A stretch of 63,717 nt of DNA, filler included, from 3 parts of 3 records of this genome joined end to end with filler, not necessarily neighbours in it, one strand, 5' to 3'; positions 38,316 to 48,352 are shown, counted from the first letter of the whole stretch. Program-made: numbers and translations. The notes: a model not told the origin generated them from the sequence alone.

Positions 38316-38858
38316 CTAGAGCGTCCCGACCCAGAGCGCAACGGCGCGCTCGCTTCCCTTGTTAATAATTTTCTGCCGTTCTTTGGCAGACCAGAAATGG
38401 ATGGAATCCCCCGCCGACATTTTCACGGCATTCTCTCCTTGGACAAGTTCCAGCGTGCCCTCCAGAATTGAGAGGACCTCCTGCCCGTTCTTGATGCCCT
38501 TTCTCACGGGAATGGATCTACCGGGACCAATGACCAGGATCGCGCTGTCGATAACGGTCCTTTTCTCGGGTGAGAAAAAACGCCGGGTCGTAAATCCCGT
38601 ATGGGGAAGATCCATGTCATCCCAATCCTCTTTTCGAATGACGATCAGTTTTTCCTGACTCTCGATCTGATTGATAAGATCACCCGCATTAACGCCGATA
38701 CTGGTGCAGATTTTAATAAGGGTCTCAATGGAAGGGGAATTGACGCTGTTTTCCACCTGGCTCAAAAAACCTTCGGAAACCCCCGCCATTTTCGATACTG
38801 CTTTAAGGGTGAGTTTCTTCTCTTTTCGATATCGGCGAATAAGCGGGCCCAGATGCAT
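38316..38858 (-). CDS. XRE-family HTH regulator with cupin domain
   Basis: LTLKAVS..AGVSEGFLSQVE..NSPS HTH and GQE...GDSIHF cupin; start MHLGP (or 38885). Confidence 0.88.
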   Translation of the reverse strand: MHLGPLIRRYRKEKKLTLKAVSKMAGVSEGFLSQVENSVNSPSIETLIKICTSIGVNAGDLINQIESQEKLIVIRKEDWDDMDLPHTGFTTRRFFSPEKRTVIDSAILVIGPGRSIPVRKGIKNGQEVLSILEGTLELVQGENAVKMSAGDSIHFWSAKERQKIINKGSERAVALWVGTL

Positions 38859-39058
38859 GTATGTTTTCCTGCGTTTAGAGGCCAAAGAAATCCGCGGGAT
38901 GTTAACCCATGGTTAAGTTTTAACATGGGATAATATTTATGGATATGTCAAGGGTTTTTTTGGGTTTTTAAAAAAATATTATTAACGTACATACCTTATT
39001 GTATTTCCTCAAGAGTATTTCCTTTTTGTCAGAAATGGTTTTGAGTTGTGTTAAGTGA

Positions 39059-39355
39059 CACCTCGTTGTTGATATACCAACGCTGGTTAACGGATATCAT
39101 GCAGACCAGACAAGAACATATATCCTCGGGAGGGCTACCAAGAAAGTTCAGGTGATGTACGATCATATGAGAGAGATTGCAGATCATCTCATCGAGAACA
39201 TCTGTCCGGGAATGAAATGTAGTGAGATTTTTCAAATAGCCATGGATAAGGCAGAGGACAGGAAAGTTGCAGATGCCTTTTTAAACTTTGGGGGAGGGAA
39301 AAAAAGCCATATGATTGGTCATGGAATCGGGCTGGAATGTACAGAACCTCATTGA
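39059..39355 (+). pseudogene. Internal fragment of an M24 (Xaa-Pro) peptidase
   Basis: In-frame LVVDIPTLVNGYHADQTRTYILG ... GHGIGLE..EP, bounded by stops. Confidence 0.75.
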
Positions 39356-39388
39356 CATTAACCCATTTTATGTTGGCAAAACCAACAA

Positions 39389-40753
39389 TTAATAACAATT
39401 TTTCCCTTGTTTTTCCGAGCATCTTTTCCTGCGTATTCCATAAAAAGCAGAGAGACCGAAGATCAGGGCGAGAAGGATCATTCCCCATTCGGAAAGGGTC
39501 GGGATTGAACCAGGTTGGGATGAGCAATTGGTTTGCATGGCTTCCCAGTTTTTGTTGGTCTTGGAATCGACAAAAGCCTTTACTGCAGGGTCATTGGTGT
39601 ATAAGCAGATGTTATCGTGCAACGCCAGTCCGATGTTATCCTGTAAATTAGTTAAATTCAGGATGGTAGTGGGGATCATACCGGCGAGTTGGTTATTGTC
39701 AAGGGTCAGCCATTTCAAGCTTGCAAGATTTCCAAACGGAGCGGGTATGTTTTCTGTCAGTTGGTTGCCGTTCAGTTTCAATAGTTCCAGCTTGGAGAGA
39801 TTTCCCAATTGTCCTGGAATGTTTCCTGCGAGTTTATTATTGTCCATTCTCATGGATTTCAGGTTTGAAAGGTTTCCCAACTGGCTGGGGATACTGCCGT
39901 CCAGCTGGTTGGAATGCAGGTAAAACAGCTCTAACTTAGCGAGGTTCCCCAGTTGCACAGGAATGTTTCCGTTCAATTGGTTGTGTCCAATGTTAAGCCA
40001 TACCAGGTTCGAAAGATTTCCCAAATCCCCTGGAATGCTTCCTGTCAGTTGGTTTGTATCCAGGGAAAGCCCCTCCAGTTTTGAGAGATTTCCAAGTTGT
40101 GGGGGAATGCTTCCTGTCAGTTGGTTGGCTGCCAGCGCAAGGTCAGTCAAGTTTGCAAGATTTCCTAAATTCGCGGGAATTGTCCCTTCCAGTTGGTTGG
40201 TCGTGAGGTCAAGAGATAGTAGCATTGAGAGATTTCCCAGTTGTGCGGGAATGTTACCGGTCAGTTGATTATCTGTCAAAGAAAGGGAGATAAGGTCGGT
40301 AAAATTTCCAAGCTGGGCAGGAATGTTGCCATTCAATTTGTTATTGCCAAGGTCTAGAAATGACAGATTTGAGAGATTTCCCAGTTGTGCGGGAATAGCA
40401 CCTGTCAGTTCGTTTCCGGATAATGTTAGAATGGACAAGTTGGTCAGATCCTCAAGTTCTGTAGGGATGCTGCCCTCAAGATTGTTCGTGTCCAACTCTA
40501 TTCTTGTGACCTGATCTGCAGTCACTGTAATGCCGAACCAGCTTCCTTCCGTGCCGCTCTGTCCAAAGCCATCCCCTTCCAAAGGAGGTTGTTTCCAGCC
40601 GCTGTTATTTGTCCAGGCAACTCCGTTTGTCGCATTGTACACGGCGATGATTGCCGCCCGTTCAGTAGATGTTATCGCCCCTAAAACCGGCGTTGAGATG
40701 AAGATGAGTATCGTAACAGCGACAAATCGCAACAGATGTTTTTCGTGTATCAT
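39389..40753 (-). CDS. Secreted leucine-rich-repeat protein with IPTL-CTERM sorting signal
   Basis: Signal peptide, 12 x 24-aa LxxLxLxxNQLxGxIPxxLGNL repeats, C-terminal IPTLSEWG-TM-RRKR. Confidence 0.9.
   Translation of the reverse strand: MIHEKHLLRFVAVTILIFISTPVLGAITSTERAAIIAVYNATNGVAWTNNSGWKQPPLEGDGFGQSGTEGSWFGITVTADQVTRIELDTNNLEGSIPTELEDLTNLSILTLSGNELTGAIPAQLGNLSNLSFLDLGNNKLNGNIPAQLGNFTDLISLSLTDNQLTGNIPAQLGNLSMLLSLDLTTNQLEGTIPANLGNLANLTDLALAANQLTGSIPPQLGNLSKLEGLSLDTNQLTGSIPGDLGNLSNLVWLNIGHNQLNGNIPVQLGNLAKLELFYLHSNQLDGSIPSQLGNLSNLKSMRMDNNKLAGNIPGQLGNLSKLELLKLNGNQLTENIPAPFGNLASLKWLTLDNNQLAGMIPTTILNLTNLQDNIGLALHDNICLYTNDPAVKAFVDSKTNKNWEAMQTNCSSQPGSIPTLSEWGMILLALIFGLSAFYGIRRKRCSEKQGKNCY
39650..40510 (-). 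repeat. About 12 tandem 72-bp LRR-coding repeats
   Basis: Recurring agatttcccagttg..ggaat..cctgtcagttggtt units at 72-nt period. Confidence 0.85.
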
Positions 40754-40904
40754 GGTGTTTCCTTTGTTTTAGAAATTTCATTATTAGGATATTGGGTTTT
40801 AAGTACCACGATTCAACGGTGATTAAAATAGAGCAAATGCCCTATTTTCAGGCTTTTTTTACAATTATTTTTGAAGAGGACACTGAACACGATGATTGAC
40901 AATC

Positions 40905-40990
40905 TGATCAACGACAATTTGAATTTCCCTTCAGCGACAATTAGAACTTACATTTTTGAGACACTCAATAATTCACATTGTCGTTGATCA
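40905..40990. mobile_element. 86-bp MITE-like element or IS-end remnant (TG...CA ends, IS21-like layout)
   Basis: 21-bp inverted repeats TGATCAACGACAATTTGAATT / AATTCACATTGTCGTTGATCA (one mismatch) plus internal copy TCAGCGACAATTAGAA. Confidence 0.5.
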
Positions 40991-41119
40991 TCCTCTTTTG
41001 ACACTGAGCGTTCTTACGGCTGATTTGTGACTGAAATTCCGTTCCATGATCTTTAGAGCGTCCTATGTATGCGGAAATGTCTCAGCGGATTTCATTTTAA
41101 ACAAATAAAAGCAAAAAGA

Positions 41120-41138
41120 ATCCCCCAAACGGGCGATG
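41120..41138 (+). promoter_or_regulatory. 7-4-7 palindromic regulator site (candidate PAS-LuxR box)
   Basis: ATCCCCC-AAAC-GGGCGATG; 18/19 identical copy at 63607. Confidence 0.6.
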
Positions 41139-41248
41139 TTTTATTGTCCATTGCCGTGATATGTGATGCTGGTAGAGTAGCCACTCCCAACAATACTGAT
41201 TCCCGGAATTTCATAGTAATTTGTCAACACGATCAAATGAGGTAAAAA

Positions 41249-41632
41249 ATGGAATGCAAAAAATGTAAAACAGCAATTTCGGATGGAGAAGAAAGAGAAC
41301 ATAATGGCGCCCTATTGTGTGAAGATTGTTATATCGATGTTTTATCTCCGGCTAAATTTTGTGATCCATGGGCGGATTACGCGGCAAAATCGTCTCTTAA
41401 AAATAATCCGGAAGTCCTATTAAACGCAGACCAATCTCAGATACTCAAGGTATTGGAGGGAGTTGATGAGATTGAATCCGAAGCACTGCTGGATAGGCTG
41501 GAAGGACAACTCTCGCCTGAAGATGCCAAAAGAGAGTGCGACGCACTCAAACGGCTGGACAAAATTGCCATTGAAAGCAAAAATGGGAAAGCGATGATAA
41601 GGAGATATTTTTCCGCTGGAACTCTCCCTTGA
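41249..41632 (+). CDS. Hypothetical protein with N-terminal Zn finger and C-terminal winged-helix-like region
   Basis: CKKC...LCEDCY...CDPWA; GAGG RBS. Confidence 0.8.
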   Translation: MECKKCKTAISDGEEREHNGALLCEDCYIDVLSPAKFCDPWADYAAKSSLKNNPEVLLNADQSQILKVLEGVDEIESEALLDRLEGQLSPEDAKRECDALKRLDKIAIESKNGKAMIRRYFSAGTLP

Positions 41633-41983
41633 CACCAATATCGTCGGCATTGAAGAACTGAAAATTGACATGGTGGCAAAACAGAGACTGTTTTTCATGT
41701 TAAAAATACCTGAGAATGTTTCAAAATCTGATTCCGTTTTCCTTTCCTGTTCCGTGAGGAAAGATCAGCCGCACTGAAAAAGAGCCCACAACGACGCCGC
41801 GCCCCGCATCAGAGGATTGTTTTCTCACCCCGGTTGCCCTTTCCGAACCCGAATATTGTCCATTTTTAAACAGTATTATGCTACGATCCGGATGAAACAT
41901 AATTTTTCCTGCAATAGGATTCCATTTAGCCTTCGGGAGCATCTCAACCATACCGATGTTCGGAATGGAAAAGGCCTTTTTTC

Positions 41984-42676
41984 ATGGATAAAGAAAAAAC
42001 TTTCACCTTTGACCAGCTATTGGATGGACTGGGACCGATCATATTTGAAAGTATCAAAATCCCATTCGGCATATTTGATAAAGATCACAGGGTTCTCTGG
42101 GCCAATGAAGGCTTGGCGTCTCTACATCAAACGGCTTTAAACAAGCTGATTGGGAATATATGCTTTCAAACGATTCACGGCAGGACGGAACCCTGTAAGG
42201 AATGTACGATTCGAACGGTCTTTGAAACAGGAAGGATCCATATTGCCGAACAATGGTATGAATTTCCCAACGGAAAAAAAGTTTGGGGTGAAGTTCATAA
42301 TTATCCCATTCGAGGAAACAACAAAGACGTGGCCGCAGTCATCACTTTCGGTTTTGACGTTACCGACAGAAAGAACAGAATAGAGGTGTTGAGCAATTAC
42401 TCAAAGTATCTTTCAGATAAATTGAACGGCAAACGGGCTGAAAAAGAGAAAATCCGGCTGAACGACCATGAAACCACCATTACCGTGAAATTGTCCCAAA
42501 GGGAAAGCGAGATTCTTCGGCTGGTTACGGAAGGCTACACCAATGTGCAAATCGGGTCCATGCTGTCCATCACCGGCAACACGGTCAAGACCCACGTCAG
42601 CAGCATATTCAACAAGATGGGCGTAAATGATCGGACACAGGCCGCGGTTATGGCCACGCGTCAAAACATGGTCTAG
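41984..42676 (+). CDS. PAS-LuxR transcriptional regulator
   Basis: PAS with C..H..PC..C motif; LSQRESEILRLVTEGYTN..I..L.I...TVKTH HTH. Confidence 0.9.
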   Translation: MDKEKTFTFDQLLDGLGPIIFESIKIPFGIFDKDHRVLWANEGLASLHQTALNKLIGNICFQTIHGRTEPCKECTIRTVFETGRIHIAEQWYEFPNGKKVWGEVHNYPIRGNNKDVAAVITFGFDVTDRKNRIEVLSNYSKYLSDKLNGKRAEKEKIRLNDHETTITVKLSQRESEILRLVTEGYTNVQIGSMLSITGNTVKTHVSSIFNKMGVNDRTQAAVMATRQNMV

Positions 42677-42679
42677 GGG

Positions 42680-43621
42680 ATGGCGGAATCATCTTTAAAG
42701 ACTGCCCCAATGGAAATAACGGGAAAAAAAGGAATGTTAAAACCGAGTCTGCCGTCCATTTTGGATGAGGAAAGCACCAAAACCCCTTCCGGCCTGCCGC
42801 CTGCAATTGATGCCCATGTACATATTTTCCCCCGCGGGATTTTTTCCGCCATCCGGCAATGGTTTGATGAAAACGCCTGGCATATCAGATATGAACTGAC
42901 CTCCCCACGGGTATTTGATTTCCTGTTGTCCCACGGCATAAGCCACATTATCGCACTCCAGTATGCCCATAAGCCGGGCATCGCGGGGATGCTGAACAAG
43001 TATATGGCCGAAAAATGCAGGAATTACAAAAATCGGGTGACCGGCATGGCCACCGTATTCCCCGGCGAAAAGAATGGCCCGAAAATTCTACAAGATGCAT
43101 TTGACTCGGGGTTGGGGGGGCTAAAACTGCACGCCCATGTACAGTGCTTCCACATGAACAGCGATCCCATGAATCGGTTGTATGAATGCTGCAGAATTAA
43201 TAAAAAACCGATTGTCATGCATGTGGGCAGGGAACCCAAAAGCCCGGCCTACCGGTGCGATCCCTATGAACTTTGCAGCGCGGACAAATTGGAGCGCGTC
43301 CTGAGGGATTTCCCGGATCTTAAAATCTGCGTCCCCCATCTGGGATTTGACGAGACAACCGCTTACCGAAAACTGATTGAAAAATACGACAATCTCTGGC
43401 TGGACACCACCATGGTGATTACGGATTATTTCCCCATTGTGGAAAGGATAGATCTGGCCCGTTACAGATCGGTCCGGGTGATGTACGGATCCGATTTTCC
43501 CAACATCCCATACGCCTGGGACAGAGAGCTCAAAAAATTAAGGACCGCGGATATATCCCGGGATGCCCTTGAACGTATACTGAACAAAAACGCCATGGAT
43601 TTTTTCAACCTCAAATTATAA
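42680..43621 (+). CDS. Amidohydrolase family 2 protein
   Basis: IDAHVH, KLHAHVQ, MHVG, VPHLG and YGSDFP motifs. Confidence 0.88.
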   Translation: MAESSLKTAPMEITGKKGMLKPSLPSILDEESTKTPSGLPPAIDAHVHIFPRGIFSAIRQWFDENAWHIRYELTSPRVFDFLLSHGISHIIALQYAHKPGIAGMLNKYMAEKCRNYKNRVTGMATVFPGEKNGPKILQDAFDSGLGGLKLHAHVQCFHMNSDPMNRLYECCRINKKPIVMHVGREPKSPAYRCDPYELCSADKLERVLRDFPDLKICVPHLGFDETTAYRKLIEKYDNLWLDTTMVITDYFPIVERIDLARYRSVRVMYGSDFPNIPYAWDRELKKLRTADISRDALERILNKNAMDFFNLKL

Positions 43622-43769
43622 TGGACATGATTAATCGGATTTGCGCATACGCGACCATTGCGGCGGCCAGATTCCTGGGCGGCGCCTCCCTGTTGTATTG
43701 ATGCATCTTCCTTCCGTTGGGTCCCATCCGGACCGTCCGCATGGGGCTCTCCACCATGGGCGCCGCCGT

Positions 43770-44951
43770 CTATGCCATCGCCTCGCCGGAGCTGATATCC
43801 CCCACATAGGCGTCTTCCGACGTCATTTCCCATCCCTCTTGGGCGTACTTTTCCTTCTTTTCAACGGCATACCTATTTTTAAGCTCCACCGCATTGGCGG
43901 GGGGGGGCACAATGTTTTCACGCCGTCTCAGGATAATCGATTTTGTTGAACATTTATGGGCGCATACGCCGCATCCGATGCAGATATGGGTCCGGGCTTC
44001 GGAGACCTTCCCTGTTTTGTTACCGGCCCGGGGGCTTTGTACAAGTTGCAGGGCATCCATGGGACAGCGTTTTACGCAGAGGCCGCAACCCAGGCATGTG
44101 TCGGGATTGATTTCTGCCTCAAAGTTGGAACGGTTCATGCCGCCATCGTGCTTGAGCACGTGAAACGCCTCCAAATACACGCAACAGCATCGGCAGCAAT
44201 TGCAGATGGTGTCCACATTTTCCTGCCAGTTGGAGGCGGCATGAACCAGGCCCGCATCCGCGGCCCGACCCAGAATTTCTTGGCATTCCGCCAGATCGAT
44301 CTCCCGCCCCAGATCATTTTCGATGATGTAGTCGGCAAATTTTCCGAAATGGAGACAATTTTCCGTTTCATGCCTGCAATCGGGAACATTGGGATCGCTG
44401 TTTTTACGATGCCTGCAAGCGCATGTGGCCACCGCAAACCGATCTTGAGCCTGCAACACCCGGCGCACGGCTTCATAGGGAAGAATGCATCTGGGGTCAT
44501 CGATGGTTGTTTCGATGGGGATGGCGCGGAGGCCCTTGCTTTTTACATCTTTCCAATGGTCTCCCAAGCCGTCAAGGTAATAGCGGGTCACATGGGGGGC
44601 AACGGATTGGGTGTGGTCGTCGTCGCGTCCCGACCAGAAGAAACTGCGCAGAAAAACGAATCGCGGCGGATTCAGGCGATATTTTGTTTTTCCCTGCACT
44701 TGGATACGGTAAACAAGGCCTTTGGCGGCCAATTCATCCAATTTACGGCGCAGTTTTAGAGTATCCATGCGCAGGGTGCTTGCCAAATCATCAATGTCGC
44801 ACAGGGCCAGCGGCATGCCCGTCAAAAGTTCCGCTTCCGCCGCCGTGTAGGTCTGTTGGATCAGCGGAAACAACTCAATCGATTCCGGAACATACGCCCC
44901 GCATTTCCTGAACCATTCTATGAATCCTTCGTATATTTTCTCGTTCTCCAT
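43770..44951 (-). CDS. 4Fe-4S dicluster protein with N-terminal winged helix and Cys-rich CNCCxCCC domain
   Basis: CACR, ICNCCRCCC, CLGCGLCVKRCP and CIGCGVCAHKC. Confidence 0.85.
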   Translation of the reverse strand: MENEKIYEGFIEWFRKCGAYVPESIELFPLIQQTYTAAEAELLTGMPLALCDIDDLASTLRMDTLKLRRKLDELAAKGLVYRIQVQGKTKYRLNPPRFVFLRSFFWSGRDDDHTQSVAPHVTRYYLDGLGDHWKDVKSKGLRAIPIETTIDDPRCILPYEAVRRVLQAQDRFAVATCACRHRKNSDPNVPDCRHETENCLHFGKFADYIIENDLGREIDLAECQEILGRAADAGLVHAASNWQENVDTICNCCRCCCVYLEAFHVLKHDGGMNRSNFEAEINPDTCLGCGLCVKRCPMDALQLVQSPRAGNKTGKVSEARTHICIGCGVCAHKCSTKSIILRRRENIVPPPANAVELKNRYAVEKKEKYAQEGWEMTSEDAYVGDISSGEAMA

Positions 44952-45141
44952 TCAGCAGTCTCCCCGGAAAAAATCATAATGCATCTTCATTATCACTGCG
45001 ACCCCTCGATTTTCCTTGACTATCCGCTTATATCAAGTTTTACTCCAGACAGGTATATAATCCTATCCTGAAGGATCATCACGCTCTATTTATAAACCGG
45101 TCAAGCGCAATCATGAGCCCTTTTCAGGAGGATGAACATCC

Positions 45142-47301
45142 ATGAACAAATTCGCCTACCTGACAACAAGCCTTGCCATCAAAAAGCTCTCGCAACTCTC
45201 CAAACTGAACATACATATTCATGGGGAGGAAAACATCCCCGAGGGATCGATCATTTACGTGGCCAACCATTTCACCCGGATTGAGACCCTGTTTCTGCCG
45301 CCCCAACTCCACCAATTGACCGAGATCCCCATCTGGTCCCTGGCCGACTACACCCTCTTTCAGGGGCCTCTCTCCGCCATATTCGACAAGCTGGGCGTCA
45401 TCTCCACCCGCGATCCCAACAGGGATCGCCTCATTGTGAAGACCCTTCTCACGGGGGAAGCCGCATGGGTGGTTTATCCCGAAGGGCGTATGGTCAAAAG
45501 CAAAAAGATCCTCGAGAAAGGGCGGTATATGATCTCCCATGCCAGGGGCAAGCATCCTCCCCATACGGGGGCCGCAACCCTTGCGCTCAGGACTGAATTC
45601 TACCGGCAGAGGTTAAAGGCGTTAAGGGAGGCGGCGCCCGACGAAGCAAAACGCCTTTTAGCCTCTTTTGAATTGGACGTCATTGAACAGGTCTCGGAAA
45701 AACGCACCTATCTGGTTCCCGTCAACATCACCTATTACCCCCTGAGGGTCCAGGAGAACATGATCAGCACGCTCCTGGAAAGGGCACTTGACGATCCTTC
45801 CGAACGGAGCATTGAAGAGATGATGACGGAAGGGGCCATGCTTTTATCGGGTGTCCATGTGGACATCCGATTCGGAAAGCCCATGGACATGGGAAAATTC
45901 CTTCAAAAACCGTTTATTTTAAAAGATATTGCATCCACCCGCCGGATAGATTTTGACGACCCCATCCCCTCAAGACGACCCATGGGAAAAATTGCGTTTA
46001 AAGTCATGTTCCGGTATATGTCGGCCATCTACCACATGACCACGGTCAACCACGATCACCTGTTTGCCTCTTTGCTTCGAGCGATCCCGAGCAGAAAAAT
46101 CAGTGAAATGGATTTCAGACGAAAGGCCTTCCTGGCTGCCGACCGGGGCCTCAACAAAACAGGGGTTTATCGGCACGAAGATCTTAAAAAAAGCCAGGTC
46201 CATCTCCTCACGGACGACCCTTTTAACAAGTACAGATCCTTTCTCTCCCTGGCCCTGGACACGGGGGTCGTTAGTCAGGAGGGAGGGTATCTCATAAAGG
46301 ATCCCGCAAAATTCAAACACGTTTTTGATTTCCACCGGGTTCGCGTTGATAATCCGGTTCAGGTCATGGCAAATGAGGTTGAACCCCTGAAAAAACTTCA
46401 GCGCAAAATCCGTTTTACGGCGTGGCGCCGCGGTTTCCGGGTCAGGAAATCCATTGCAAAGAGGCTGATGGAAAGCGCCGTTCACCGCTACGAAGAGGCG
46501 TATGCGGCTTTTTTTCGGGAAGGGGAATCCAAAGACCCGGCGGTGGGGATGCCCTATCTCATGGGGAATCGGTTCAGGAGGACCGGCATCTTGTTGGTCC
46601 ACGGATATATGGCGGCGCCCCCGGAGGTCAGGGAACTGGCGGCCCATTTGAGTAACCGGGGTTTCATGGTTTACGCCCCCCGGGTGAGCGGGCACGGAAC
46701 ATCTCCCGACGACCTGGCCTCCAGGACCCGCAAGGACTGGATAAAATCGGTGGATGAAGGGTATGCCATTGTGAGCTGCTTGTGTAAAAAAGTGGTGGTT
46801 GGGGGCTTTTCCACCGGGGCGGGCCTGGCCCTCGATCTGGGGACAAGGATAGAAGGGCTCACGGCACTCTTCACCGTATCCCCTCCCCTTCGACTTCAGG
46901 ATTTCTCTGTTCGATTCCTCCCCGCAGTCGGTGTGTGGAACCGCTGCATGGACCTTATCAACAGGGATGGCGCAAAAAAGGAATTCGTTGTAAACAGACC
47001 CGAAAATCCCCACATCAACTACTTTCGAAATCCCGTTTGCGGCGTCAGGGAGCTGGGCCTGCTCATGGCATCCGTGGAAAAAAACCTACCCCGAATAGAA
47101 ATCCCCACCCTTGTGGTCCAGGGGGACGGCGACCCCATCGTGGACCCCAAAGGCTCAAGGAAAGTATTTGAACGCATCGGCGCCGCGGACAAGGAATACC
47201 AACTGTTTAACTTTGACCGCCACGGCATCCTGTTGGGAGAAGGGGCGGAGCGGGTCCATGGGGCCATCGGAGACTTTCTCCAAAGGGTAACCGACAAATG
47301 A
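45142..47301 (+). CDS. Fusion of glycerolipid acyltransferase (PlsC/PlsB-like) and alpha/beta-hydrolase (esterase/lysophospholipase)
   Basis: NHFTRIE, YPEG, VPV block; C-terminal HGY, GHG, GFSTG, D(PIVD) and H(GI) triad. Confidence 0.85.
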   Translation: MNKFAYLTTSLAIKKLSQLSKLNIHIHGEENIPEGSIIYVANHFTRIETLFLPPQLHQLTEIPIWSLADYTLFQGPLSAIFDKLGVISTRDPNRDRLIVKTLLTGEAAWVVYPEGRMVKSKKILEKGRYMISHARGKHPPHTGAATLALRTEFYRQRLKALREAAPDEAKRLLASFELDVIEQVSEKRTYLVPVNITYYPLRVQENMISTLLERALDDPSERSIEEMMTEGAMLLSGVHVDIRFGKPMDMGKFLQKPFILKDIASTRRIDFDDPIPSRRPMGKIAFKVMFRYMSAIYHMTTVNHDHLFASLLRAIPSRKISEMDFRRKAFLAADRGLNKTGVYRHEDLKKSQVHLLTDDPFNKYRSFLSLALDTGVVSQEGGYLIKDPAKFKHVFDFHRVRVDNPVQVMANEVEPLKKLQRKIRFTAWRRGFRVRKSIAKRLMESAVHRYEEAYAAFFREGESKDPAVGMPYLMGNRFRRTGILLVHGYMAAPPEVRELAAHLSNRGFMVYAPRVSGHGTSPDDLASRTRKDWIKSVDEGYAIVSCLCKKVVVGGFSTGAGLALDLGTRIEGLTALFTVSPPLRLQDFSVRFLPAVGVWNRCMDLINRDGAKKEFVVNRPENPHINYFRNPVCGVRELGLLMASVEKNLPRIEIPTLVVQGDGDPIVDPKGSRKVFERIGAADKEYQLFNFDRHGILLGEGAERVHGAIGDFLQRVTDK

Positions 47302-47333
47302 AATGGTTCATATGAAGTGAACACAAAGAGCGT

Positions 47334-48059
47334 TCACACCCAGCCGATGATCCGGCATGACTTATGATGCCGTAAAACCCTTTCCGGATAATTGGTAAAG
47401 ACCCCGTCCACCCCGAGCGCATCCATCCGGCGGATATCTTTCGGGTCATTCACGGTGTACACAAACACCCTGAGCCCTTGTAAATGGGCCTCCTCAACAA
47501 AAGCACGGTCAACAAATTTCAGGGAAAGATGCACCGAATAGGCCCCGAGCCCAACCGCAACGGCGACGGCATCCACCGGCGATCCCGCAATGAGCACCCC
47601 AATCTTTATACTTGAATCCATACAATGAACCGCTTCAAGTTCGGAATGGTTAAACGACGACACCAGGATCAAGGCATTATCCCACCCTTCTCTGCGCCGG
47701 GCCGCAATAAAATCCATAACGGGGGGCGCCGTCCCGGGTCCCTTTAATTCGATGTTCACCCCGGCTTTCATATTTACCGTTATAAACAGCTCTTCGAGGG
47801 TTGGAATTTTCTCCCCCTCTCCCGCATCCAGGGAGCGCAGATCGTCAAAACCGTGTTCATTCAGATACCCGGAACCATCGGTTGTCCGGTCCAATCGATC
47901 GTCATGAATAACAACCAGGCGGCCGTCCACATAATAGACATCCCCCTCAACACAATTTGCACCCAGTTGGAGGGCCTTTCGAAAGGATAAAAGGGTATTC
48001 TCCGGGGCATGCCCCATGGCGCCCCTGTGTCCGATGCAAAGCAGTATTGTTCCATCCAT
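47334..48059 (-). CDS. Glycerophosphodiester phosphodiesterase
   Basis: GHRGA..PENT, EGDV, IHD..LDRTT, NIELK, YTVND and DGVFTNYP motifs. Confidence 0.92.
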   Translation of the reverse strand: MDGTILLCIGHRGAMGHAPENTLLSFRKALQLGANCVEGDVYYVDGRLVVIHDDRLDRTTDGSGYLNEHGFDDLRSLDAGEGEKIPTLEELFITVNMKAGVNIELKGPGTAPPVMDFIAARRREGWDNALILVSSFNHSELEAVHCMDSSIKIGVLIAGSPVDAVAVAVGLGAYSVHLSLKFVDRAFVEEAHLQGLRVFVYTVNDPKDIRRMDALGVDGVFTNYPERVLRHHKSCRIIGWV

Positions 48060-48352
48060 CCTGATACTCCCTCAAATTCCCGTCATCTTCAAGAATCTCA
48101 AAAGCCATGGCATCACATGGCGCTTATGGATATTGCGCTCTAACAATCTCGACGAAAAAAAAGCTGCTGTTGCCAGTGAAGGCGGGCGCCATTTGATCCA
48201 TTGACTTCCATTAAACCATAGCATAGAAGGAAGAAAATTCATCAAATTCTTATGCTGATTTTTTCTCCGGAATGGAATTCTCCCACGCCGGGGGAAGGGG
48301 ACCTACCATAAACCTCGAGATGGATCAGGTCCGCAAACGCCATTGAGGCGTA

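Noticed and set aside
39650-40510. Periodic repeats as a CRISPR array or DGR
   Set aside because: In-frame 72-bp protein-coding LRR units; no spacers, cas genes or reverse transcriptase in the window.
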